Source of the DNA: Sumerlaeia bacterium
GTDB taxonomy: Bacteria > Sumerlaeota > Sumerlaeia > SLMS01 > JAHLLQ01
Assembly (NCBI GenBank): GCA_040219255.1
Contig: JAVJSW010000077.1
Location: 32,001-96,000 of the forward strand
Direction of reading: 5' to 3'
DNA: 64,000 nucleotides
Of this stretch, positions 28,242 through 37,156 are shown piece after piece. A model generated the notes under the pieces. It searched no databases. It had not been told where the DNA came from and worked only from the letters and a program-made list of their open reading frames with translations. Position numbers and translations under genes: made by a program. Every line of letters begins with the position of its first letter. Within the stretch, counting starts at the first letter, position 1.

Positions 28242-29033
28242 ATGACACCCGCGAATCGTTCCCTTTACTGGATTGGTTACGGCGTTTTCCTGGAATTGAT
28301 CCGCCGCAAGGACGCCTATGTGCTCCTGATCCTCATGAGCCTGTTCTTCCTCGGAACGGGCGTCATCGGCCTTGTCGGGATCGAGAACCAGGAGACCGGC
28401 ACCTTCCTGCTCAACCTGGGTCTGACGCTGGCCTACTACATGGCGCACCTGCTGCTGCTGATCTTGATCGTGCGGCAGATCCCCGACGAAATCGAAAACC
28501 GCACGGTCTATCCACTCTTGGCCAAACCGATGAGCCGCTCGCAGATGTTCCTCGGCAAGTGGATCGCCTGCACGTTGGGGGGCATCGTCAGCCTGCTGGT
28601 GCTCGGATTCCTAGGCTGGATTCCGGTGCCGAAGGGGGGCGCCTATAGCTGGCCCCTGCTCTTCCAGGGCCTCGTCCTGCTGATCTGCTCGCTGGCGATG
28701 CTGGCGGCCCTCGCCGGAGCCCTGTCGCTGCTCGTTCCCCGGGCGGTCGCGCTGGTCGGACTGGGCCTGTGGTTCGCTTTCGGATCGCAGGCCATCGTCT
28801 TCCTGCGCGCCCGCGCCGCCGACGGCGCCCCCGAATTCCTCGCGCGCTGGCTGACGGCTTATCTGCCCGATTTCGGCAAACTGAACCTGATCACCCGCTA
28901 TACCGACACGGTGGATCCCCAGGTCACCGCACTCGGCGTCGGCGAATTCGGCGGCCTGATCCTCTACGCGGCGATTTTCACCGCGCTGGCCCTGGTGGCG
29001 GGCGTCACGATTTTCAACAAGCGGCCCCTCTAA
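28242..29033 (+). CDS. ABC-2 type permease (PilI-like), second paralog
   Basis: ELIRRK, DEIENRTVYPLLAKPMSR.QMFLGK. Confidence 0.9.
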   Translation: MTPANRSLYWIGYGVFLELIRRKDAYVLLILMSLFFLGTGVIGLVGIENQETGTFLLNLGLTLAYYMAHLLLLILIVRQIPDEIENRTVYPLLAKPMSRSQMFLGKWIACTLGGIVSLLVLGFLGWIPVPKGGAYSWPLLFQGLVLLICSLAMLAALAGALSLLVPRAVALVGLGLWFAFGSQAIVFLRARAADGAPEFLARWLTAYLPDFGKLNLITRYTDTVDPQVTALGVGEFGGLILYAAIFTALALVAGVTIFNKRPL

Positions 29034-29079
29034 GCCTCAAACCCCGAGCGTTTCTTGAACGGGAAAGGTCGACACGACA

Positions 29080-30081
29080 ATGAGTGGAACCAAGCGAACG
29101 ACACTCCTTCTGGCGGTGGTGGCGGGGGCTTTCCTCCTGAGCCCGCTGCTGAGCCTGAATCTGAATCCGGATAACTACAAGGGCGGCGCCAGCCGCGACG
29201 AATTCGCCCGGCAGAAGCGCAACAGCAGCGCCGTATCCCAACTCCTCGGCGAATTCCGCACGAACATCAGCGACGTCCTCTTCATCAAGACCGAGCGCTA
29301 CCTGCACGGCGGCATCGCCTACGAAACCCACATGAGCGACTCGGACCTGAAAGGTCTGTCGGGGGAAACGGCGAAGCTCGAACAGCATCAGGCGGAGGTA
29401 GGGGTGGCCGATCACGAACACCACGACCACGAACACGAGGAGGAGATGAGCGCAACTCTGATCCGCCCGCCAAGCGCCGACTTCCGCGGTTTCATCGGCA
29501 GTTTGCAACGCGCCGTGAAACCCTGGCAGAACCCGGACAATCCCCACATCCACACCGATGGCACGGAACTTCTCCCCTGGTACCGCGCCATGACCACGAT
29601 GGACCCGCACAACGTGCGCGCCTACGCGATCGGCTCCTGGTGGCTCAAGACGCGCAACCCAGAGGAAGCCACCGCCTTCATTCGCGAAGGCGTGGAAAAC
29701 AACCCGGACGAATTCCAAGTCTGGAATACGTTGGGTAATATCCTCTACTATCGGGCGACTCGGGAACTACGCAAGGACGAACCAGACCGCGAGCACTACC
29801 GCGAGTTGATTCGCGAGGCACGCTCCGCCTTCGAAACCGCCGCTGGCCTGGGCCTCGACGCCCGGCCCAAAGGCGGTCCCACCGGCGAGAACATCCTCCT
29901 CTGGAACGATTATACCGAGGAAGATTTGCGCTCCGCCCTGCGCATGGCTGTCCTTCTAGAGGAGCGACACGCGGACCCGGCCGAGGCGCACCGTATGGCC
30001 GTGGAGTACGAGCGCCGCGTGGGCGGCGACGGTATTCTCCGGCGAATCATTGCCCGCACCGCACCCGATCAGGAAGAGTAA
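29080..30081 (+). CDS. Membrane-anchored TPR-like protein (PilG/XapA-like) with His/Glu-rich insert
   Basis: LLGEFR..ISDVLFIK...YLHGG; DHEHHDHEHEEE; LLPW...T.MDPH...AY..G.WWL; FIREG..NNP. Confidence 0.65.
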   Translation: MSGTKRTTLLLAVVAGAFLLSPLLSLNLNPDNYKGGASRDEFARQKRNSSAVSQLLGEFRTNISDVLFIKTERYLHGGIAYETHMSDSDLKGLSGETAKLEQHQAEVGVADHEHHDHEHEEEMSATLIRPPSADFRGFIGSLQRAVKPWQNPDNPHIHTDGTELLPWYRAMTTMDPHNVRAYAIGSWWLKTRNPEEATAFIREGVENNPDEFQVWNTLGNILYYRATRELRKDEPDREHYRELIREARSAFETAAGLGLDARPKGGPTGENILLWNDYTEEDLRSALRMAVLLEERHADPAEAHRMAVEYERRVGGDGILRRIIARTAPDQEE

Positions 30082-30131
30082 GTATACCTCCCCGCACCCC
30101 CAACCGCCTACCATTCCAGGAGCCCCCCAAA

Positions 30132-30881
30132 ATGAAGCCCACCCGCAACTCGATCAAGACGACCCTGACCAGTTCCAGCCTGATCCTCGCCGCCGGAATC
30201 TTCGCGGCGTGTGGAGGGGGTGACTCCGTCTCGACGACAACCTCCACGACGACCAAGAAGCCGGCCGCGGCCTCGACCGAGAAAGCCGTGGAGTGGCCGG
30301 AATTGCGGCAATTCGACACCCTGCTCCACGAAGCCACCCACATCCTGCAAGATCACGGCGATGCGCGGGCGACTCTCTCCATCGCCGGAGACCTTTACGA
30401 CTCCGGGATAAAGGTCGCCACCGGGTCCGCACCCAAGGGCGCCGGCAACCCGCTGCAAATCGAAACCCTGCAAGCGGACATCGAGAGCGTCCTCGGTTCC
30501 CTCAAGGAAAACCCCACCGCCGAGGACATGGCCTCGGCGGTCCCGGCGCTGACGGCGCTGGTTCATGACCTGATGATCGCCGCCGAGCTTCCCCACACCC
30601 ACGACGATCATTCGCACGAGGGCCACGATCACGGCCACGACGACCACGATCACGCTCACTCGCACGACGGCGAAACCCATAGCCACGGGCACGAGGCCGA
30701 CGAGTCCTCGGAGCACAGCCACGAGGGCGAAGCCCACAGTCACGAGCACGAGCACGACGGCGAAGTCGACTCTCACGAACACAGCCACACCGAATCCGCC
30801 GACCACGACCATAGCCACGAGGACGCGGCACCCAGCACGGATCACGACCACGAGGATCACAGTGGCCACGATCATGACTGA
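30132..30881 (+). CDS. His-rich lipoprotein (putative metal-binding)
   Basis: Lipobox FAAC; about 31 His in the last ~95 residues. Confidence 0.85.
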   Translation: MKPTRNSIKTTLTSSSLILAAGIFAACGGGDSVSTTTSTTTKKPAAASTEKAVEWPELRQFDTLLHEATHILQDHGDARATLSIAGDLYDSGIKVATGSAPKGAGNPLQIETLQADIESVLGSLKENPTAEDMASAVPALTALVHDLMIAAELPHTHDDHSHEGHDHGHDDHDHAHSHDGETHSHGHEADESSEHSHEGEAHSHEHEHDGEVDSHEHSHTESADHDHSHEDAAPSTDHDHEDHSGHDHD

Positions 30882-31602
30882 TACGATGGCGCCCTTGACC
30901 GGCGACTGGGACATCGAAATCGACGGCCTGTCGATTTCCCTGGGCCGCAGCGGTTCCGACCAAGTGGTCTTCCACCTGCCGGAACTGCGCATCGCGCGGG
31001 GCGAGCGTTTTGCCCTCACGGGCCCGAGCGGTTGTGGTAAATCCACGCTGCTCAACGCCATCTCGGGTTTGGTGGCGCCCGATACGGGGACGCTGAAAGT
31101 GGCCGGGACGGACGTGAGCCGCCTCTCGAAAGCCCAGCTCGACGCCTTTCGCGGCGCCACCATCGGCTTCGTGTTCCAAAGCTTCAATCTCCTCGATTCC
31201 TTCTCCGCCCTTGAGAACGTGCTGATCGGCATGCGCTTCGGGCGCTCGGTGAAGAAGGCGGATCGGCGAGAGCGCGCCCGCTCGCTCCTCGACGAGGTCG
31301 GCCTCTCCCACCGCGTCCATGCCAAACCCGCCACCATGAGCGTTGGCGAGCGCCAGCGCATCGCCATCGCCCGCGCGCTAGCGAATCGGCCGAGGGTGCT
31401 CCTCGCGGATGAACCGACCGGATCGCTGGACCCGCAAACGGGTCAGGAAATCTTCGCTCTGATCCAGGAAGTCTGCGAAATCGAAGGCTGCACGCTGCTC
31501 TTCGTCACCCACGATCTCGAACTCGCAGCGCGTCTCCCCCGCCAATTCGACTGCCGCGGATTGATCCGCCACGAGGCGCTCAAGGATCGCGCCGCCGCAT
31601 GA
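30874..31602 (+). CDS. LolD/ZrgB-like ABC ATP-binding protein
   Basis: GPSGCGKST, IGFVFQSFNL, MSVGERQR, LADEPTGSLD. Confidence 0.93.
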   Translation: MTDTMAPLTGDWDIEIDGLSISLGRSGSDQVVFHLPELRIARGERFALTGPSGCGKSTLLNAISGLVAPDTGTLKVAGTDVSRLSKAQLDAFRGATIGFVFQSFNLLDSFSALENVLIGMRFGRSVKKADRRERARSLLDEVGLSHRVHAKPATMSVGERQRIAIARALANRPRVLLADEPTGSLDPQTGQEIFALIQEVCEIEGCTLLFVTHDLELAARLPRQFDCRGLIRHEALKDRAAA

Positions 31603-32975
31603 ACCTTTGGACCATTGCCAATCGCTATTGTCTCAGCCGCCCGCTGGTGACCCTTCTCACGGTGCTCGGCGTGGCGCTGGGGGCGGCGCTGATTTCCAGC
31701 GTCCTGACCCTGCGCCGGGAAACCGAATCGACCTTTATCGAGCAAAGCAGTGACTTCGACCTTGTCGTCGGCGCCAAGGGCAGCCCGCTTCAACTTGTCC
31801 TTAGCAGCCTCTACCACCTCGACGTCCCGACCGGCAACATCGGCTATCCGCAGCTCGAACGCCTGCGCGCCGACTCCCGAGTCACCGCCGCCGTTCCCTT
31901 CGGCCTCGGCGATAACCTGCAGGGCTTCCGCATTGTGGGGACAGACCTTTCCCTGTTCGACGTGCAGCGCCGCCTGCGCGAAGGCGATCCGGTGGCGATT
32001 TTCCACCTGGCGGAGGGCGAACTCTTTTCCGGCAATTTCGAGGCCGTTCTCGGCGCCCAGGTGGCGCGCGAGACGGGCCTCGGCATCGGCGATCAGTTCG
32101 CCGGCACACATGGTCTGATCTCCATCGCCGGCAGCGAAACGCACGACGATTTCCCCTATACCGTCACCGGCATCCTCGAACCCAGCGGCACCTCTCACGA
32201 CCGGGCCATCTTCACCACCATCGAAAGCGTCTGGGGCGTGCACGATGCGGAAGCGGCGATCCATGCCGCCATGTTCGGCGGTTCGACGCGAAAGCCCGCA
32301 CCCGAACCGGAACCGGAGGCCGAAGCCGGCGACGACGAGGACGTCGAAGTCCCCAGCTTCCTCATGAACATCTACGCCAATTCCGGCGACGACGAGGACG
32401 AACCGGAAAGCGATTCGCCCTACGCCGACCGCGAAGTGACGGCGGTGCTGGTGCAGCTCAAGACCCCCGGCCTGCGCCTTTTCATGTCCAGTGAAATCAA
32501 CACGAAGACCGACGCCATGGCGGCGGTGCCGATCATGGAAATGCAGCGCCTGTACCTGCGCGTCCTCGGCCCCATGCAGACGACGCTCCTCGCCGTGGCC
32601 TATGTGGTGGTCGTGGTGGCGGCGCTGACGATCTTGACAACGCTGTATCAGGCCGCGGAGCGCCGCCGCCGCGACATCGCCGTGATGCGGGCGCTGGGCG
32701 CGCGGCGCTGGGAGATTTTCGTCCTGGTGCTTCTGGAAGCCGCCATCGTCACGCTCTTCGGCATCGGCATCGGCTGGCTGCTCGGGCACGGAGGCGTCGC
32801 CATCGCGGCGGATGCTTTCCAGGGCAGCACCGGCCTTGCCATCTCGGCCTGGAGTGTGGACGCTGTGGAATTGCGGGCGCTCGGGGTGGTGGCTCTTTGC
32901 GGCGTCATCGCGGGATTGGTCCCCGCTTTGCTCACTTATAGAAGGTCACCGGTGCGGGACTTGGCCGCCGTCTAG
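31599..32975 (+). CDS. MacB/FtsX-type (ZrgC-like) ABC permease
   Basis: DLVVGAKGSPLQLVLSSLYH...TGNI, LGDN..GFRIVGT, HG..H, RRRDIAVMRALGA. Confidence 0.9.
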   Translation: MNLWTIANRYCLSRPLVTLLTVLGVALGAALISSVLTLRRETESTFIEQSSDFDLVVGAKGSPLQLVLSSLYHLDVPTGNIGYPQLERLRADSRVTAAVPFGLGDNLQGFRIVGTDLSLFDVQRRLREGDPVAIFHLAEGELFSGNFEAVLGAQVARETGLGIGDQFAGTHGLISIAGSETHDDFPYTVTGILEPSGTSHDRAIFTTIESVWGVHDAEAAIHAAMFGGSTRKPAPEPEPEAEAGDDEDVEVPSFLMNIYANSGDDEDEPESDSPYADREVTAVLVQLKTPGLRLFMSSEINTKTDAMAAVPIMEMQRLYLRVLGPMQTTLLAVAYVVVVVAALTILTTLYQAAERRRRDIAVMRALGARRWEIFVLVLLEAAIVTLFGIGIGWLLGHGGVAIAADAFQGSTGLAISAWSVDAVELRALGVVALCGVIAGLVPALLTYRRSPVRDLAAV

Positions 32976-32997
32976 GCCGCCCCCGCCGAGAGGAGTT

Positions 32998-33642
32998 ATG
33001 GTGAAAGAATTCAAGACAAACACGCGCGGTCACTGGATGGCGCTGCGTTGGATCGCCCTGGCGGCGATGTGTGTCGTGGTGGCGCAGGTCATCCTCGCCC
33101 CGCGCGCCCAAGCTCAAGACCCAGCCCACGGCGAAGAGCTGCGCCAGCAGTTGTCGCTCGACGAAGTGACCAGCGCCACGCTGGCGCTGAAGGCTCTCGA
33201 GAAAGAGCGCGAAGCGGCCGGCGCGGCGGAAAAAGGCATTTTGACCTTCAACCTCTTGCGCGGTACGAAGCTCAACCGCAAACCGCCGCCGATCTATCCC
33301 GAGCCGCTCGCCAACCTCGATGGCAAGAAGGCTAAGATCACGGGCTTTATGTCGCCCTACGACAGCCTTAAGGACATGCACCTGTTCATGCTCGTGCCCC
33401 AACCGACGGGCTGTTTCTTCTGCGCCCCGCCCTCGCCCCGTGAGGTCGTCTTCGTCCGCCAGAAAGACGGCGCCAAAGATCACGAGTTCATGGACGCGCC
33501 CATCGAAGTGGAAGGCACGCTCAAGCTCTGGAAAGAAGACAGCGACGAACAGGGCCACGAAATGTTCCTGTACGTCATCGATCAAGCGGTCGTGCGCGAA
33601 GCGTCGCTGGACATGGCGGGCGCTTCGTCGCGGAAGAACTAG
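32998..33642 (+). CDS. DUF3299 (ZrgD-like) periplasmic protein
   Basis: LDGK..KITGF..P, F.LVP...GCFFCAPP; GAGGAG RBS. Confidence 0.85.
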   Translation: MVKEFKTNTRGHWMALRWIALAAMCVVVAQVILAPRAQAQDPAHGEELRQQLSLDEVTSATLALKALEKEREAAGAAEKGILTFNLLRGTKLNRKPPPIYPEPLANLDGKKAKITGFMSPYDSLKDMHLFMLVPQPTGCFFCAPPSPREVVFVRQKDGAKDHEFMDAPIEVEGTLKLWKEDSDEQGHEMFLYVIDQAVVREASLDMAGASSRKN

Positions 33643-33686
33643 AGCATTTCTAGATGCCCTGTAGCCGCCAGACAAAGAAAAGAAAA

Positions 33687-33872
33687 AAATCACCACCGAG
33701 CCACGGAGGGCACCGAAGCTGAAGATTTTGGGTTCCTTATCTCTTGTTTTTCCCCAAACACCTAAGTCGGTCTATCTCGTTGATAATAAAAAATTTAGAC
33801 CAACCATATTTCCCCTATCAAGAGGCTCTGAAGTATAAAAACTCGGTGCCCTCTGTGGCTCTGTGGTGATTT
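33687..33872. repeat. 30-bp terminal inverted repeats enclosing 126 bp of AT-rich DNA (MITE/REP-like element)
   Basis: aaatcaccaccgagccacggagggcaccga (33687-33716) vs reverse complement of 33843-33872: 28/30 identical. Confidence 0.9.
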
Positions 33873-33911
33873 CATTCCTCACTTCGCACCCGCAAGTCCT
33901 TCGCATTCGCT

Positions 33912-34697
33912 CTACACCTGCACCAGCGGCAACCGCCCCTCCAGCCGCCCCGTCTCCAGCCGGTCGTCCAGCAATCGCTGATCGCAGACGAAGTCCTCGT
34001 TCGGCTTCACCGTCCAGCGGTTGCCGTGGATTTCATTCAACGCGGAGACGATGTCGTAGAAGGACCATTCGTGGTTTCCGCCGATGTGATACGTTCCCGG
34101 CGCCATCCCGGCGACGGCGATCAGGCTGTCGGCGGTATCCTCAAGGAAGCTGGTGCCGGGCATCCAGCGGGTGCTGGCGTCGATAACGCCGTGCTCCTCG
34201 AACTGCTTTTCCAGGAAATCGATCATGTTGTTCGATCCGCGGACGTGTCCGATCTGCCAGCCCAGCCGTGCGATCCGTGCGACTGGATTGGCGCGGCGGG
34301 CGGTGCGTTCGCCGGTCAGCTTGAAGTACCCATAGCCCTCCGTCTCGTCCGGCTCCACATCGGGCGTCAAGGGACCCGGGTTGTCATTCGTGAAAACCAT
34401 CACGGTGCTGGCGTACACGAAGGGGATCCCCCTCTCCGCCGCCAGGGCTGCCATGTCGGCGGTCCATTTTTCGTTCACCAGGTAGCCTTCATTTTCGACG
34501 CCGGTGGGTTGACTCGGCAGAGCCAGGTGGAAGATGGCGTCCGGCGCGTGGCGCTCGACAAGGGCGCGGGCAGCGGCGGTGTCTCCGGGAGCGGCGATAG
34601 CGCGATCCCAGGCGATGGCGGTGCCGCCGGTTTCTTCGATGCGTTGACAGAGAACGGACCCAACGGTCCCTCGGGCTCCGGTAATCAGGGCTTTCAT
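33912..34697 (-). CDS. RmlD-like NAD(P)-dependent sugar nucleotide reductase
   Basis: LITGARGTVG, AST.MVF, YG..K..GE. Confidence 0.8.
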   Translation of the reverse strand: MKALITGARGTVGSVLCQRIEETGGTAIAWDRAIAAPGDTAAARALVERHAPDAIFHLALPSQPTGVENEGYLVNEKWTADMAALAAERGIPFVYASTVMVFTNDNPGPLTPDVEPDETEGYGYFKLTGERTARRANPVARIARLGWQIGHVRGSNNMIDFLEKQFEEHGVIDASTRWMPGTSFLEDTADSLIAVAGMAPGTYHIGGNHEWSFYDIVSALNEIHGNRWTVKPNEDFVCDQRLLDDRLETGRLEGRLPLVQV

Positions 34698-37048
34698 GGG
34701 CGGACCTCCGCGAGTTGGGCTGCACCGCCGTGCGTCAGGCGGACAAAGCGATAGGAGAACGGTTCAAGGCTGGCAAAGGGTTGGTAGGGCTGGATTTGGC
34801 CGTCGGCCGCGACCTCGGGGACGGGAAGCGACTCACCGGTCATGGCGTCTGCGGCGGCCAGGCGCCCCTCCGGCAGTTTCCCGCCGAAGACCGAATAGGT
34901 GTCCTGCGCGGCGTCCGACGGATTGATGAGGCACAGCAGCGTTTCCCCCGGCACCGACCGCAGGAACGCGTAGATCGGTGAACCGCCGGCGGCGGGTTTG
35001 GCATTCAGGGCGCTGGCCGAGGGCTCGGCCCAGGCGTCGCCATTCACCAGCACCCGGAATTCGCGCGCTGGCAAGTCGGCCAGCGAAAGGCTCTCGCTAC
35101 GCAACGTGCCATCGGCGGCGGGGCTCAGGGCGATCGGGCTCGCGTCACCGGCGCCTTCCAGAACCACAACGGCGCTCTCGATGCTCGTGGGCGTTGTGGC
35201 TTCGCCGCTGTCGCGCCGCAGGTGGGTGCGCCCGAGCGCCGGATCGAAGGAGAACGTCACGCGGCCGCCAGCGACTTCGCAGCCCTCGATACTCTGGCCC
35301 GGGGTGCGGCTCAGGACCAGGTTATAGCTCTCGAAGTCCATCCCGGCGTGCTTGCGGTTGGGCTTGTGGGCGGGTGGTTCGAGCCATTGGTCTTCATTGA
35401 GAACGAACTTGAATTCGTGGTTTTCCAGCGAGAACGCCCAGTTCTCCTTCTTCAGGCGATAGGTTCCATCGTCCGCGGCGGTCAGCATCCATGAGCCCGG
35501 CGTCCAGGCGTTGAAATCGCCCGCCACGGAAACGCTCTCGATGGCTTCCGGCGAGAAGGCGCCCTGCTCGTTCGAACCTTCCTTGGTTATGGACTCGTAG
35601 AGTGCAGGGTCGAAGACGAATTCCACGCCATCGTTCAGGACCGAATAGCCGAAGACCGCCGGGTCGTTCTTCTTGGGGATGACATAGTGAGTCAAGGTCG
35701 GGGGGTTGACCTGGAGTGCGGCGTAATCGCCCGCCCGAAGAGGCGGTTCGTCGTTGCGGAAGTGAATCAGCTCGCGGAAACCGGCCAATACAGACTCCCG
35801 GTCGCTTTCCTGCGCCTCGACGCTGAAGCGCTGCCACTCGTCCTCCAGCGGCCGGTAGGGTTCCACCGTGCTGAACCCGGCGTGCTCGCCCGTGGACCAC
35901 TGCATCGGTGATCGCCCCTTGCCGTCGTGGCCGGAAATGCCCACTTCCTCGCCATAGTAAACAAACGGCACACCAGGCGCCGTCAGCAGCATCGCCGCCG
36001 CCGCGCGCATTTTGCCGGGATGGCGGTCGAGTTGCTCCATCACGCGCATCATGTCGTGGTTCGAGAGGAAGGGCGCCACCTGGAGCGGCGCGTGGGCCGC
36101 CACCACGGCAGTTTGCTTCGCCGGCAGATCGCCCCGGTGCCCGCGCCCGGCGGCGCTGATGATCGCGCCCGCCAGCTCGAACTGGAAGCACATGTCGATC
36201 TGATCGGTCTCGTACTTCGCCACCGCTTCGGTGCCCGACCAGACTTCGCCGACAATGTAACAGTCTGGCTTGATGGACTTGCAGTAAGCCTGGAACTCGC
36301 GCAGCCAGGCGTGAGTGGCTTCCGTGTGCTCGTCCACCGGGCCGTCCTCGATCAGGTGCTTGATGGCGTCGAGACGGAAGCCATCGACGTTCATGTCCTC
36401 GAGCCAGAACTTGGCGATCTGGTAGAGCTTTTCCTTCACCACCGGATTCTCCACGTTCAGGTCCGGAATGCCCCGGCCGAACTGCGTGAAGAACCACTTG
36501 CCGTTGTCGTGGCGGTTCCACTGGCGGGCATAGCGATCACCCTGATCCGTCGGCTGGCTGTCGCTCCAGACGTAGAAATCGTGGTAGTGCGAGTTCGGAT
36601 CGCCCGCCGCCAGGAACCACGGGTGCTGGATCGACGAATGGTTCAGCACCAGGTCCACGATGACCCGGATGCCTCGGGCGTGGGCTTCGTCGATGAAGCG
36701 CCGGAAGTCGGCGTTGGTGCCGTAGTCGTGCTCGATCGTTTCGTAATCCACCACCGAATAGCCCGCCGGATGCACCGACTCGGACATCGGAAGCAGCCAC
36801 AGCCCCCGCACGCCCAGGTCATCCGTCGTGTTCGGATCGCCATCGTTCAGGTAATCCAGGCGGTCGATCATGCCCTGGATGTCGCCGATGCCGTCGTTGG
36901 CGAGCGGGCCGGTCTGCGAGTCCTGGAAGGATCGCACGAAAATCTGATAGAACACGGCGTCGTTCCACCAGGGCAGGTCTTCGGCGGGCGCGGCGGTGGC
37001 CAGGCAGGCCGCCGCCAGCGGCGCCAGCAGTTTGGAAGTCCAAGTCAT
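34694..37048 (-). CDS. Secreted GH13 alpha-amylase with inserted CBM48-like modules
   Basis: FYQIFVRSF.DS..GIGD..G, DLVLNH, DGFRLDAIKH, VGEVW, FLSNHD, YYGEE.G. Confidence 0.92.
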   Translation of the reverse strand: MTWTSKLLAPLAAACLATAAPAEDLPWWNDAVFYQIFVRSFQDSQTGPLANDGIGDIQGMIDRLDYLNDGDPNTTDDLGVRGLWLLPMSESVHPAGYSVVDYETIEHDYGTNADFRRFIDEAHARGIRVIVDLVLNHSSIQHPWFLAAGDPNSHYHDFYVWSDSQPTDQGDRYARQWNRHDNGKWFFTQFGRGIPDLNVENPVVKEKLYQIAKFWLEDMNVDGFRLDAIKHLIEDGPVDEHTEATHAWLREFQAYCKSIKPDCYIVGEVWSGTEAVAKYETDQIDMCFQFELAGAIISAAGRGHRGDLPAKQTAVVAAHAPLQVAPFLSNHDMMRVMEQLDRHPGKMRAAAAMLLTAPGVPFVYYGEEVGISGHDGKGRSPMQWSTGEHAGFSTVEPYRPLEDEWQRFSVEAQESDRESVLAGFRELIHFRNDEPPLRAGDYAALQVNPPTLTHYVIPKKNDPAVFGYSVLNDGVEFVFDPALYESITKEGSNEQGAFSPEAIESVSVAGDFNAWTPGSWMLTAADDGTYRLKKENWAFSLENHEFKFVLNEDQWLEPPAHKPNRKHAGMDFESYNLVLSRTPGQSIEGCEVAGGRVTFSFDPALGRTHLRRDSGEATTPTSIESAVVVLEGAGDASPIALSPAADGTLRSESLSLADLPAREFRVLVNGDAWAEPSASALNAKPAAGGSPIYAFLRSVPGETLLCLINPSDAAQDTYSVFGGKLPEGRLAAADAMTGESLPVPEVAADGQIQPYQPFASLEPFSYRFVRLTHGGAAQLAEVRP

Positions 37049-37109
37049 GGGGCATCTTCCCTTTCGTGATGATGACGGAGATCGTGGGGCAAACCCGCTC
37101 CAAATTCAA

Positions 37110-37148
37110 TTGCGTGTTTCCGCAAAGGCTTTCATTTTTGCGCAAAGG
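37110..37148. promoter_or_regulatory. Candidate operator in divergent amylase/regulator promoter
   Basis: TTGCG-N6-CGCAA palindrome and CGCAAAGG direct repeats 20 bp apart. Confidence 0.45.
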
Positions 37149-37156
37149 AGCCGCCC

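Noticed and set aside
30595-30878. CACGA-rich repeats as a DNA repeat element
   Set aside because: Explained by His/Asp/Glu codons of the lipoprotein tail
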